Below, piece by piece: positions 1 through 9,172 of a stretch of 64,000 nt of DNA. A program made the position numbers and the translations under genes. Position 1 is the stretch's first letter. Each line of letters starts with the position of its first letter. The notes below the pieces were generated by a model that was not told the DNA's origin, did no database searches, and saw nothing but the letters and a program-made list of their open reading frames with translations. The DNA is from Hyphococcus sp. (GTDB taxonomy: Bacteria > Pseudomonadota > Alphaproteobacteria > Caulobacterales > Parvularculaceae), in contig NZ_JBHIXB010000002.1 of the NCBI RefSeq assembly GCF_041986965.1, forward strand, positions 547,501 through 611,500, given 5' to 3'.

Positions 1-216
1 GGGGACGCTGTCCATAGCGCTGGCGTGCTGCCGGATCTTCGCTATTCGACCATTCCTCATGATGAGGAGCAGTTCGCAGATGTCGTTCTTGGCGGCGCGC
101 TCACGGAAAACGGCATGGTCTCCTTCGCCAGCGTGCTCGATGAAGAAAGCCTTGCGACACTGCGCGCTTACATCATCGCACGGGCGAATGAAGACCTGGA
201 GATTTACGGAGAATAA
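1..216 (+). CDS. Partial CDS (3' end): C-terminal cytochrome c domain of a quinohemoprotein (PQQ-dependent, type II) alcohol dehydrogenase
   Basis: Frame +1 is open from base 1: GDAVHSAGVLPDLRYS...VLGGALTENGMVSFASVL...LRAYIIARANED. This is the typical segment after CxxCH in type II quinohemoprotein ADHs. The CxxCH itself lies outside the window. Confidence 0.7.
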   Translation, partial: GDAVHSAGVLPDLRYSTIPHDEEQFADVVLGGALTENGMVSFASVLDEESLATLRAYIIARANEDLEIYGE

Positions 217-278
217 CGCTTTTTATGTGCATAGCTGGCGCGCCTCGTTAAAAGACTGGCTGCAATGAGGCCGCCCAT

Positions 279-1166
279 CTATGCGTCATTGATCTCATCA
301 AAAATCGGATTTCGCAGGAGAAAGGCGATGGCCTTCGCGCGCTCCTCGTTGATGGGCTCGTCGGGGAAGGACTTCAAGATCGCGTTGAACTTCTCTTCAG
401 CGCCCTTTTTGAACTCCGGATGCGTAAGAATATAAAGATCATTGTTGAGAACGCCCTTTAGAACGCGCTCCCCGCACTCTTCCGCGCTCATCCACAGATC
501 CGAAACCGGACGTTCGGAAAGTTGCTGTTCTGTTTCCAGAAGGCCTGTGTTCTTTTTAAATTTTTCCGGCCGGATTTTTCCCGTTTCGCCGATATTTGAC
601 TGAACGGGTCCCGGACAAAAGGCTGACACGCCGATATTGTCGGGCGCCAGCTCACCCCGAATGGACTCAGAAAGGCCCAGCATGGCGGCTTTGGCCGTGC
701 CGTATATCGAAAAAGCGGTCACCGGCACCAGCGCCGCCTTGGAGGCGGTGTTGACGATATGGCCGCCTTCGCCATGCTTGCGAATATAAGGCAGCACGAT
801 CTGAAGTCCGTTGATGACCCCGCCGATCATGACGCCAAGCCCCCAGTCCCAGTCGTCAAAGCCGAGCTTTGCGAGCGGGCCGCCAACCCCCATGCCGGCG
901 TTGTTAAAGAGCATGTGGATCTTACCGAATTTCTCTTCGGCCTGGCTTGCCGCCGCGGCATAGGCTTCACGGTCAGTGACGTCGAGCTTCAGACATAACA
1001 CGCGATCGGGATCATCGAAAAACGCCGCAGCGCTCTTCAAATGATCGTCGCGAATATCGGCGAGAACCAGATTGGCGCCGGCTTCATAAAACGCCTTTGC
1101 GATGCCAAGTCCGATGCCGCTGGCGCCGCCGGTGATGAACGCCGTCTTTCCCTCTACATCTTTCAT
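279..1166 (-). CDS. SDR of the LigD/L/N/O C-alpha dehydrogenase family (most like LigL/LigN)
   Basis: Start re-assigned to MKDVEGKTAFITGGASGIG (ATG at 1166). Has TGGxxGIG, NNAG and YxxxK (YGTAK). The C-terminal RPEKFKKNTGLLETEQQL...WM resembles recalled LigL. Confidence 0.8.
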   Translation of the reverse strand: MKDVEGKTAFITGGASGIGLGIAKAFYEAGANLVLADIRDDHLKSAAAFFDDPDRVLCLKLDVTDREAYAAAASQAEEKFGKIHMLFNNAGMGVGGPLAKLGFDDWDWGLGVMIGGVINGLQIVLPYIRKHGEGGHIVNTASKAALVPVTAFSIYGTAKAAMLGLSESIRGELAPDNIGVSAFCPGPVQSNIGETGKIRPEKFKKNTGLLETEQQLSERPVSDLWMSAEECGERVLKGVLNNDLYILTHPEFKKGAEEKFNAILKSFPDEPINEERAKAIAFLLRNPIFDEINDA

Positions 1167-1402
1167 GAACGTCCCTGTCCTTTTAGGTCTTACTACTGTG
1201 AAGCATTTGCAATTATTGCGATGTCGCGTCGCTTTTTTACGCCAGCGAAAGTACGGTTGTTGGCGTTTGGACCTGACTGTCATTTGAGCCAAACAGCCAA
1301 TCGCCACCCATGGCGAAACGCGTCCCAACGAACGGTGAAAACGCGGGGCTGACGGCGTTTCGCCCCCTTTTCAATCGCCGCCGGTAAAGTCAGACTATCC
1401 CA

Positions 1403-2203
1403 ATGAGCAACAATGTGCGGGCCGAGATAAACTATGCTGCGCCGATGGCGGGGAAGCCGCGGTTTCACGCCAACGATCAGTCTCGCGATGTTCTAAATCT
1501 CGACCCGCAGACGGTGGAGTTCGTGGATGGTCGTGCGTCGCCGCCGGCGCTTGATCGTGAAGGATTTGCGCTTGTTTCGCATCGCAGCAAAGTGAAGGAT
1601 TTTCGCGACCCGGCTTTTCACGATCTGCACAAAAAAGAGATTGAAGAACTGATCGTCGAACTGACGGGCGCAGACATGGCGATTGTCAATTCACCGGGCG
1701 TCCTGCGGTTTGGCGAAAAATCCGCCGACAGCGGAAGGCTCAACAATTCCCGGCCGGCGCGTTTTATTCATATCGACATCAATGACGAGACTGCGGCGCA
1801 GTTTGCAAAAGCCTCCGCGCCGGAAGGCGCAAAAATAAAACGCACCGCACAGTACAATGTCTGGCGCGTACTCACCCCGCCGCCGCAGGATGTGCCGCTC
1901 GCTGTTTGCGATGCGCGCACCTTGTCGGCTGAAGACCTGATCGAAGCGGATGCCATTTTCGATCAGGAAGGGCAGCCCGACTGGACATTCACAGCGCTCC
2001 TGATCAAAGCGTCGCCACGCCATCGCTGGATCTGGTTCCCGGAGATGACGCCGGATGAGGCGCTGGTTTTTATTACCAATGACAGCGATCCGGCGCAGCC
2101 TCATCACGCCCCGCACAGCGCCTTCAACAATCCTCTTTGCCCGCCGGATGCGCCGCCCCGCGCCAGCATCGAGATGCGCGCCATCGCCTACTGGTTCGAG
2201 TAG
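1403..2203 (+). CDS. CmcJ/NvfI (AsaB-like) family Fe(II)/2-oxoglutarate-type oxidoreductase
   Basis: Motifs HID, YNVWR, PLAVCDA, PHSAF and RASIEMR are characteristic of this family. Confidence 0.65.
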   Translation: MSNNVRAEINYAAPMAGKPRFHANDQSRDVLNLDPQTVEFVDGRASPPALDREGFALVSHRSKVKDFRDPAFHDLHKKEIEELIVELTGADMAIVNSPGVLRFGEKSADSGRLNNSRPARFIHIDINDETAAQFAKASAPEGAKIKRTAQYNVWRVLTPPPQDVPLAVCDARTLSAEDLIEADAIFDQEGQPDWTFTALLIKASPRHRWIWFPEMTPDEALVFITNDSDPAQPHHAPHSAFNNPLCPPDAPPRASIEMRAIAYWFE

Positions 2204-2226
2204 TCATCGCACGAAGGAGCTTCGAC

Positions 2227-3693
2227 ATGGGAGAGTTTCCCAAAACCGTGGACTTCATGTTCCTCAACACGCCGATCGGCGAGGAATATTCTCTCAAAGG
2301 GCTCGAGGTGGAGGGCGATATTCCCGATGATATTCGGGGGGCGTTCTTTCGCGCCGTCCCCGACCCTGCTTTCCCGCCTCTCTTCATTGACGACACGGCG
2401 ATCTCCGGTGACGGTATGGTCTCCCGCCTATGGTTCAAAGAGGACGGCTCGGTTGATTTCGACATTCGCTATGTGCAAACCGCCCGCCACAAAGCTGAAA
2501 TTGAGGCAGGCAAGGCGCTGTTCGGACGCTACAGAAATCCCTATACCGACGATCCCTCCGTAAAAGGCGTCGACCGCACGGTCTCCAACACAACGCCGAT
2601 CTGGCATGGCGGAAAACTGTTGATGGCGAAGGAAGACGGCCGCGCCTATCGCGTCGATCCGATCACGCTTGAGACAGTCGGGTCTTATGATTTCGGCGGC
2701 AAGCTGAAATCGGAAACCATGACCGCTCATGCCCGTGTCGACCCGGAGACTGGCGAGCTTTTCTTTTTTGGATATGAAGCCGACGGCCTCGCCTCCACCA
2801 AAGTCGCCTACTGCATCGCCGATAAAAATGGTGAGCTAATTAAAGAACAGTGGTTTGACGCGCCCTATTGCGGCTTGATGCACGATTTCGTCATCACCAA
2901 AAACTATGCGGTCTTTCCTGTCTTTCCGACGACAGCTGATCTCGCCCGGTTAAAGGACGGCGGCGTTCACTGGGTTCATGAGCAGGACCGGGAAAGCTGG
3001 ATAGGCATCATGCCGCGCTATGGCGACGTCAAGGAAATGCACTGGATCAAAGGACCGAAAGGCGTTTCCGTCTTCCACTTCATGAACTGCTTCGAGGACG
3101 ACGATGGCCGCATTCACCTCGATCAGCATCTGACGGAAACAAACGCGTTTGAATTTATCCGCCGCCCGTCGGGGATTGACATCCCGCAATCTGAAATCAA
3201 GGGCGGTCTGGTGCGCTGGTCGTTCGATCCCAAAGGCGATGAAATCACCGAAACGCCGCTCGGGCCTCCGGGCGATCTCTGCCGTATTCGCGACGCCGAT
3301 CAGGGCCGCCCTTACACAGTCGGCTGGTATCTCAGCATGGACCCTGAAATGAAGGGCCCGCCCATGCTTGGCGGCCCGGTCGGCGTCGCCTTCAACGCTC
3401 TCATTGCCATCAATCCGCAAAGCGGGGCGATGAAAATGCTCGGACTGCCGCCGGGACACGCGATCAGCGAACCGGCGCATATCGTATCATCACAAGCGGA
3501 TCATCCCGGCTGGCTTTTGTTCATTATCGACCGGCAAACCGGCGAAGATCAGTTCGAACACGAAGCATGGATCGTGAATGCGGGCGAAATTCAAGAAGCG
3601 CCCGTCGCGAAAGTCAAAATCCCGCATCGCTTGCGCCCGCAGGTGCATGGCTGGTGGGCGTCCCAAGAAACGCTCGACAAGGCCGCCGCCTAA
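2227..3693 (+). CDS. lsdD: Lignostilbene alpha,beta-dioxygenase (carotenoid oxygenase family), LsdD/NOV2-like
   Basis: RBS GAAGGAG, then ATG at 2227. Motifs FFRAVPDP, GDGM, YRNPYTDD, KEDG, TAH, MHDF, FH and EPAH...QVHGWW supply the four Fe-His ligands. Closely resembles recalled NOV2. Confidence 0.85.
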   Translation: MGEFPKTVDFMFLNTPIGEEYSLKGLEVEGDIPDDIRGAFFRAVPDPAFPPLFIDDTAISGDGMVSRLWFKEDGSVDFDIRYVQTARHKAEIEAGKALFGRYRNPYTDDPSVKGVDRTVSNTTPIWHGGKLLMAKEDGRAYRVDPITLETVGSYDFGGKLKSETMTAHARVDPETGELFFFGYEADGLASTKVAYCIADKNGELIKEQWFDAPYCGLMHDFVITKNYAVFPVFPTTADLARLKDGGVHWVHEQDRESWIGIMPRYGDVKEMHWIKGPKGVSVFHFMNCFEDDDGRIHLDQHLTETNAFEFIRRPSGIDIPQSEIKGGLVRWSFDPKGDEITETPLGPPGDLCRIRDADQGRPYTVGWYLSMDPEMKGPPMLGGPVGVAFNALIAINPQSGAMKMLGLPPGHAISEPAHIVSSQADHPGWLLFIIDRQTGEDQFEHEAWIVNAGEIQEAPVAKVKIPHRLRPQVHGWWASQETLDKAAA

Positions 3694-3702
3694 GTTAGAA
3701 CA

Positions 3703-4617
3703 TCACGTCAGATCATCGAGGCTGATCTTGCGGCCCGCCGCTGCAGCCTTGTTGCCTTCGCGTCTCAGGCGCTCAATCTCCAGACGGCCTTCCGGCGCTT
3801 GTTCCTGTGGCAGCGCCGCCATGGTCGTTTCGTAGATTTCCTGAATGTCAGGCCCATGTTCCGGATGCGTAAGGATCAGCCCGTGATTTTCCGTCATGCC
3901 CTTGAGGATCTTCTCACCGACTTCCAGCGGATCCATGCCCAAGTCGAACGCGCCGCCGAATTTTTCAAGCTCCGCCTTGTCCACCTCGCCAAGCCCGCTG
4001 TCCTTGAAATTGTCCGGACGTTTGAGGGCGGAATCCCAGGCGTTCGTTTTCGTCAGGCCGGGACAGCAGAGCGACACGCCAATATTGTAAGGCGCCAGAT
4101 TGTAGCGCAGGCATTCGGTGAGGCCGCGAACGGCAAACTTGCTCGCCGTATAAATGCCCGCCTGCGGCCCCGCAATAAACGCCGCCATGCTCGCCACATT
4201 GACGATATGCCCGCCCTCGCCATGGGACTTGATCTTCGGAATGAAGCTGACGATCCCGTTGACGTTGCCGCCGAAATTGACGCCCATGATCCAGTCAAAG
4301 TCATCATAGGTCGCCTCGTCCGTGGGGCCGAACACGCTGACGCCGGCATTGTTGACGAGCACATGCACCCTGCCGAAATGCGCCTCAACTTCATCCGCTG
4401 CCTCGGCGAAGCGCGCGCGGTCCTGCACATCTAGCTTTACAAATAGCGGCGCCTCCCGGCCCTGGCTTTCAAACCACTTCGCAGCCTCAGCCTTATAGGC
4501 TTCGTTGCGATAGCTGAGCGCCAGACGCATCCCCGCATTGGAGAAGGCCCGCGCGACGCCGAACCCAATGCCGGAGACTCCGCCGGTGATGAACGCCGTT
4601 TTTCCCTGCCAGTCCAT
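3703..4617 (-). CDS. SDR of the LigD/L/N/O C-alpha dehydrogenase family
   Basis: Start MDWQGKTAFITGGVSGIG with RBS GGGAGG. Has NNAGVSVFGPTDEATYDDFDWIMGVN and YTASK. Confidence 0.8.
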   Translation of the reverse strand: MDWQGKTAFITGGVSGIGFGVARAFSNAGMRLALSYRNEAYKAEAAKWFESQGREAPLFVKLDVQDRARFAEAADEVEAHFGRVHVLVNNAGVSVFGPTDEATYDDFDWIMGVNFGGNVNGIVSFIPKIKSHGEGGHIVNVASMAAFIAGPQAGIYTASKFAVRGLTECLRYNLAPYNIGVSLCCPGLTKTNAWDSALKRPDNFKDSGLGEVDKAELEKFGGAFDLGMDPLEVGEKILKGMTENHGLILTHPEHGPDIQEIYETTMAALPQEQAPEGRLEIERLRREGNKAAAAGRKISLDDLT

Positions 4618-4699
4618 GAATGCCTCCCGCCGATAGTGGTTTGCCGCCCCCCTCATGCTATCCATCGGGGGTAGCGGGAATGATAACCGGGAGGACGCC

Positions 4700-5389
4700 G
4701 TGAGTGAACTTGATGATATGAAGTCAGAGCTTGCTGAACTGAAAAATCGCGTCGGCAAGATCGAGGATCTGCACGCCATCCGGAAGCTTCATTATGCTTA
4801 CGGTTACTATATCGACTTCTGCCAGTATGACGAAGTCGTCCAGCTCTTCGCCAAGGATGGCGAAGTCATTTTCCTTTCCGGCATCTATAAAGGCCATGAG
4901 GGCGTCGCGCGTCTTTACAAAACCTGGTTCCAGAATTTCTTCACGCAAGGCAAGCCGGGACCGGAATATGGCTTTCTGCTCGATCACTTCCAGATGCAGG
5001 ACATCATCACCGTCGCAGACGACCGCAAGACGGCGAAAGGCCGGTTTCGCGCCGTCCTCATGGGCGGCAACCATGAAACCCGTGACTACAAGCCCGAAGG
5101 CCTGCCGGAACAGTTCTATGAAGCCGGCATCTATGAAAATGACTATGTGCAAGAAGACGGCGTTTGGAAAATCAAACGTCTTGATTACATGGTCCAATGG
5201 CAAGCGGAATATGAAAAGGGCTGGGCGCATACGGAAGCCCATTTGCAGCCTGCTGTCGAAACCTATCCGAAAAACCCGCTTGGTCCTGACGAGCTTCTGC
5301 CGACACCGCGCCAGACATGGCCGCACCGTCACGACGTCCCCTATCACTACGCCCACCCGGTGATGGGAGCGAAGCTCAATGGCAAATGA
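4700..5389 (+). CDS. ldpA: SnoaL/NTF2-fold gamma-formaldehyde lyase, LdpA-like (diarylpropane lyase)
   Basis: GTG at 4700 after GGGAGGA. Motifs IRKLHYAYGYYID, LLDHFQMQD, EAGIYENDY and TWPHR resemble recalled LdpA. Confidence 0.7.
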   Translation: MSELDDMKSELAELKNRVGKIEDLHAIRKLHYAYGYYIDFCQYDEVVQLFAKDGEVIFLSGIYKGHEGVARLYKTWFQNFFTQGKPGPEYGFLLDHFQMQDIITVADDRKTAKGRFRAVLMGGNHETRDYKPEGLPEQFYEAGIYENDYVQEDGVWKIKRLDYMVQWQAEYEKGWAHTEAHLQPAVETYPKNPLGPDELLPTPRQTWPHRHDVPYHYAHPVMGAKLNGK

Positions 5390-6518
5390 GCTTTTGCCCG
5401 ACGGCAGCGAAAAAGGCCTGCGCGGTTATATGGTCGAACGCGGCGTCAGGCGCCGCATCGGCATGGCGCCGCCCGCTGGCGAGATAGACCGCAACGCGCC
5501 GTATAAGCGCATCGCCACGGAAGAAGCCTGGACATTTCCGGAACTGGTCGAGGCTCAGGTTAAATTTCTAAAAAGCGCTAATGCGCCAAACGATCCTGCG
5601 CTACGCATGGGCGGCATGTTCGCCTCCATGCCGGAATTACAGAAAATGCTGTGTGATCTCGGCGATCTCAGGATCGCGCATATGGATGAATACGGCATCG
5701 ACCGCCAACTGCTGTTGCTAACTGCGCCAGGTCCGCAAGTGCTGGAGCCCGAAGAGGGAACACGCCTCGCCGCAAAATCGAACGATATCGCGGCAGAGGC
5801 TTGCGCGAAACGGCCCGACCGCTTCTCCGCCCTCGCCGCTTTTCAGCCGCAGGACCCGGACAAAGCCGCGCGGGAAATCGAACGCGCCATGAAAGAGCTG
5901 AAGCTCAACGGCGCTGTGTTGAATTCACATTTTCGGGGACATTTTCTCGACGAGCCGCAATGCGATCCCATTCTGGCCGCGCTCGAGGAAAATGACGCGG
6001 CCCTTTATATTCACCCAACGGCGCCATTTGACGACCGGGTTTATTCAGCCCGCGCAACGACGGGCGCTCTTGGCGGTTTCCCGCACGATGTGTGGAATCA
6101 CACTATGGGGCTGATCCTTTCGGGCGCCTTCGACAAATACCCGAAGCTCCGGCTTGTGATCGGCCATCTCGGCGAATGTATGCCGTTGCATCTTTATCGC
6201 TTCGACTGGATGCAATCGAACGCCGACGGCGTGCCCGGACTTCGCGGCGGCCAGCCCGCGGTGACGTTGAAACATCCCATGAGCCATTACTTCCACAACA
6301 ATATCTGGATCACCACAAGCGGCGTCGGCTGGGAGCCGGGAATCAAATTTTGCATGGACGTGATGGGGCCGGAGCGCGTCCTCTACGCCATGGACTATCC
6401 CTATCAGCAGTCATCGGACGAAGTCGCCGCTTATGACCGGATGGATATTCCGCCGGCTCACAAGAAAATGTTGATGCAGGAAAACGCCGAGCACGTCTTC
6501 CGGCTGCCCAAAGATTAA
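5379..6518 (+). CDS. Amidohydrolase-2 non-oxidative aromatic decarboxylase, LigW/LigW2 paralog
   Basis: Metal-ligand motifs RIATEE, YIHP, IGHLGE and MDYPYQ. Has a roughly 40-aa N-terminal extension and overlaps the upstream gene. Confidence 0.75.
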   Translation: MANELLPDGSEKGLRGYMVERGVRRRIGMAPPAGEIDRNAPYKRIATEEAWTFPELVEAQVKFLKSANAPNDPALRMGGMFASMPELQKMLCDLGDLRIAHMDEYGIDRQLLLLTAPGPQVLEPEEGTRLAAKSNDIAAEACAKRPDRFSALAAFQPQDPDKAAREIERAMKELKLNGAVLNSHFRGHFLDEPQCDPILAALEENDAALYIHPTAPFDDRVYSARATTGALGGFPHDVWNHTMGLILSGAFDKYPKLRLVIGHLGECMPLHLYRFDWMQSNADGVPGLRGGQPAVTLKHPMSHYFHNNIWITTSGVGWEPGIKFCMDVMGPERVLYAMDYPYQQSSDEVAAYDRMDIPPAHKKMLMQENAEHVFRLPKD

Positions 6519-7351
6519 GCCTTCGCGGTCACGATCCAGGCGGCGGCGTCGAGGCGGATTGAACCGTTTTTGTGAAACGGCGTTAACGCCTCGATGACGT
6601 CGGCGCGCGCCTTGTCCTTGACGCCTGGCCCGGCTTCTTCAAGCGGCTCACCAATGGCGAGCGCATCCATGACAAAATCCGCTGCGCTTTCCGGTGTCGC
6701 CCCCTCGCCGCCAAGCAATTGCTCACCCTGCCAGAGCTTGCATTCGACATCCTTCCAGCCCGCGCGTTCAAGCAAGGCCTTGGTGGCGTCCGGATCCGCC
6801 ATCCGGAACGGTCCCGGTCCATCCGGTTCACGCTCCGGCATCTCCACATATTTACCGGCGATGGCGCCGACCATTCCGATCCAGGGATTTTTCTCTGGCG
6901 GGCCCCAACAGGAGAAGGTGAAATCGCCGCCGGGCTTCACCCAGCTTCTGATATTGGCGAAAGCCTTGTCGGGGTCTTCGAAGAACATAATCCCGAAGCT
7001 GGAAAAGGCGCGATCGCGCAGTGCATCAAGGCTCGCCGTCTGAGCGTCGGCGCATTTGAAATCGACATTGTCAACGCCCGCATCCGCCGCCCGCTTTTTC
7101 GAATGCTCGATCAGGATTTCCGCAATATCAACGCCAAGAACGCCCCCCGAAGGTGCAACCGCCCGCGCGATCTCGATGACGTTTTTGCCGCCGCCAGAAC
7201 CGATCTCCACCACCTGCTCACCCGGCTTGAACGCCGCAGCCTTCATAAGCGAGGCATTGATCGGCGAAATCATGGATTCAAATGGAACGAGATATTTGAG
7301 CCAGCGTTCGCCGACTTCGCCATTCCAGTCTTCAACGGCCTGATCCGTCAT
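6515..7351 (-). CDS. Class I SAM-dependent methyltransferase
   Basis: Motif I VEIGSGGG, then GVD, DA and SSFGIMFF. Confidence 0.85.
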   Translation of the reverse strand: MTDQAVEDWNGEVGERWLKYLVPFESMISPINASLMKAAAFKPGEQVVEIGSGGGKNVIEIARAVAPSGGVLGVDIAEILIEHSKKRAADAGVDNVDFKCADAQTASLDALRDRAFSSFGIMFFEDPDKAFANIRSWVKPGGDFTFSCWGPPEKNPWIGMVGAIAGKYVEMPEREPDGPGPFRMADPDATKALLERAGWKDVECKLWQGEQLLGGEGATPESAADFVMDALAIGEPLEEAGPGVKDKARADVIEALTPFHKNGSIRLDAAAWIVTAKA

Positions 7352-7614
7352 ATTCTTCTTCTCCCTTTCACATCACCGCATTGTTGCTCAGGAACTATGC
7401 TTTTGCGACGCCAAATGGGAAGGCGCAATCGCAGGAAATGCGAGAGCGGTTAAGGTGCAGCGCACAATGTGAACAGCGCTTCACCGAACGAGTTCTGGGT
7501 CTGATTTTGTTTCCTTTTGCGGCATCCGGCGCCTGACGGCGTCGGCTACGATCAAAATTAAAGGCCGGACCGGTTGCTCGCGCCGGTCATGAGGATAACG
7601 ATGAGAAGCGCAAT

Positions 7615-8376
7615 ATGAGCAATGTCACGCTTTATCACTGGGAGCCGAACGCCAATTCCGGCAAACCGATGCTGGCGTTGATGGAAAAAGGCGTTGAGTT
7701 CGAAAGTCACTATCTCGACCTGTTGAATTTCGACCAGCACCAGCCCGATTATCTCGCGATCAATCCCCAGGGGACAATCCCCGCCATGACGCATGGCGAT
7801 CGGGTGCTGACAGAATCGACAGCGATCATGGAATATGTGGACGCCGCTTTTCCGGGTCCGAACTTGATGCCCGAAGATCCAAGGGATCAGTGGCGCGTCA
7901 GATGGTGGATGAAGTTCATGGATCAATGGCTGGCGCCCTCCTTCTCCATGATCGGCTGGAGCGTCTTTGTGGGACCTATGGTGCGCAGCAAAGACCCGGA
8001 AGAATTGAAAGCCGCTATTGACCGTATTCCTCTGCCGGAACGCCGTGTCGCCTGGCGTAAGGCGATTTACGGAACCTTCGGCGAGGAAGAAATGAAAGAA
8101 TCGCAGCGACGCGTGGCGCTCGGCATTCGCATGCTTGAAGAGGAGCTTTCCAAACGGGAATGGCTCGCCAGCGACCAATACAGTCTCGCCGACGTAAACG
8201 GTTTCAACATCGCTTACGCTCTGCCCCTGTCGCAGCCGGATCTGTCCAACGACGAAAAGACGCCGCATATTCTCGAATGGCTGCGCAAAATCTACGAACG
8301 CCCGGCGGCTAAAAAGACCTGGGCCATGGGAAAAACCGATATGGTCAAACGCGTGCAAATTCTGGAGCGTTCATAA
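7615..8376 (+). CDS. baeA: GST, BaeA-like subunit of a heterodimeric beta(R)-etherase
   Basis: LYHWEPNANSGKP with Asn14/Ser15, INPQGTIP, LTESTAI, and LigF-like IPLPERRVAW. Coupled to the next GST by a TAATG overlap. Confidence 0.75.
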   Translation: MSNVTLYHWEPNANSGKPMLALMEKGVEFESHYLDLLNFDQHQPDYLAINPQGTIPAMTHGDRVLTESTAIMEYVDAAFPGPNLMPEDPRDQWRVRWWMKFMDQWLAPSFSMIGWSVFVGPMVRSKDPEELKAAIDRIPLPERRVAWRKAIYGTFGEEEMKESQRRVALGIRMLEEELSKREWLASDQYSLADVNGFNIAYALPLSQPDLSNDEKTPHILEWLRKIYERPAAKKTWAMGKTDMVKRVQILERS

Positions 8377-9158
8377 TGGCTTTGACGCTCTATCACGGCG
8401 ACCCTAACGGCCCTTCATTTACCGTCCTGGCGGCGCTTTTTGAAACCGGTCATGACGCGGCGCTGCATCCCATAGACCTGACCATGGGCGAACGTCACAG
8501 CGATAAGGTTCCACGCAGTGTGGAAGTTGAAATGAGCATTGAAGGCGAAGGGCCGGTCCTTGTGGCCGATGGTGAGCCGATGGCGGATTCGGTGTTTCTC
8601 GCCTGCTACCTCAACGATTTGGCGGCTGACTCTCCCATCGCACCCACCGATCCTTTCGCCCGTTGGGAGATGATGACCTGGTGTCGCCAGATTATCGAAC
8701 GCGCGGCGCCGGCAGCCGCCTATCTCGGCGTAAAAACCCATCTGGCTGACAAACTGTCAGCGCTGAACGATGCGGCGTTCGAAAAGCTGACGGCGCCAAT
8801 CAAAAGCGAGGATTTAAAAGCGCGCTGGCGTGATACTCGCGCCAACTCCTTCCCTGAAGATAAAATCGAGGACTCCAGGGCTAAAATCGCAACAGCCGTC
8901 CAAAAAGTTGAAACTCAACTCAGTGACGGGCGCGACTGGCTGCTTGGCGACTTTTCTATCGCCGATCTCGAAACCTATGCCTGGCTTTCAGGAATGCGTG
9001 ACCTCGAACCTGCGGCGTTTGAAGGCGCAAAACAAACAAGCGCGTGGATCGATCGCATAGAGGCCCGCCCCTCCGTTATCCGCACGCTTTCGCTGGCGAA
9101 AACACCTACGCCACACCAGGTCTGGGCGCCGGGCCCGGAAATCAATCGCTGGGGCTGA
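8376..9158 (+). CDS. baeB: Degenerate GST, BaeB-like partner subunit
   Basis: LYHGDPNGPS (Ser14), a degenerate GSH-site loop (MSIEGEGPVL), FSIADLETY and GPEINRWG end. Overlaps baeA by 1 nt. Confidence 0.7.
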   Translation: MALTLYHGDPNGPSFTVLAALFETGHDAALHPIDLTMGERHSDKVPRSVEVEMSIEGEGPVLVADGEPMADSVFLACYLNDLAADSPIAPTDPFARWEMMTWCRQIIERAAPAAAYLGVKTHLADKLSALNDAAFEKLTAPIKSEDLKARWRDTRANSFPEDKIEDSRAKIATAVQKVETQLSDGRDWLLGDFSIADLETYAWLSGMRDLEPAAFEGAKQTSAWIDRIEARPSVIRTLSLAKTPTPHQVWAPGPEINRWG

Positions 9159-9172
9159 TTTCCTGCGTTTGC

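Noticed and set aside
5379-6518. LigY (biphenyl meta-cleavage hydrolase)
   Set aside because: It has the ATEE/IHP/GH/DYPY pattern of LigW decarboxylases, not the DCHGH start recalled for LigY. No ligX or ligZ is present.
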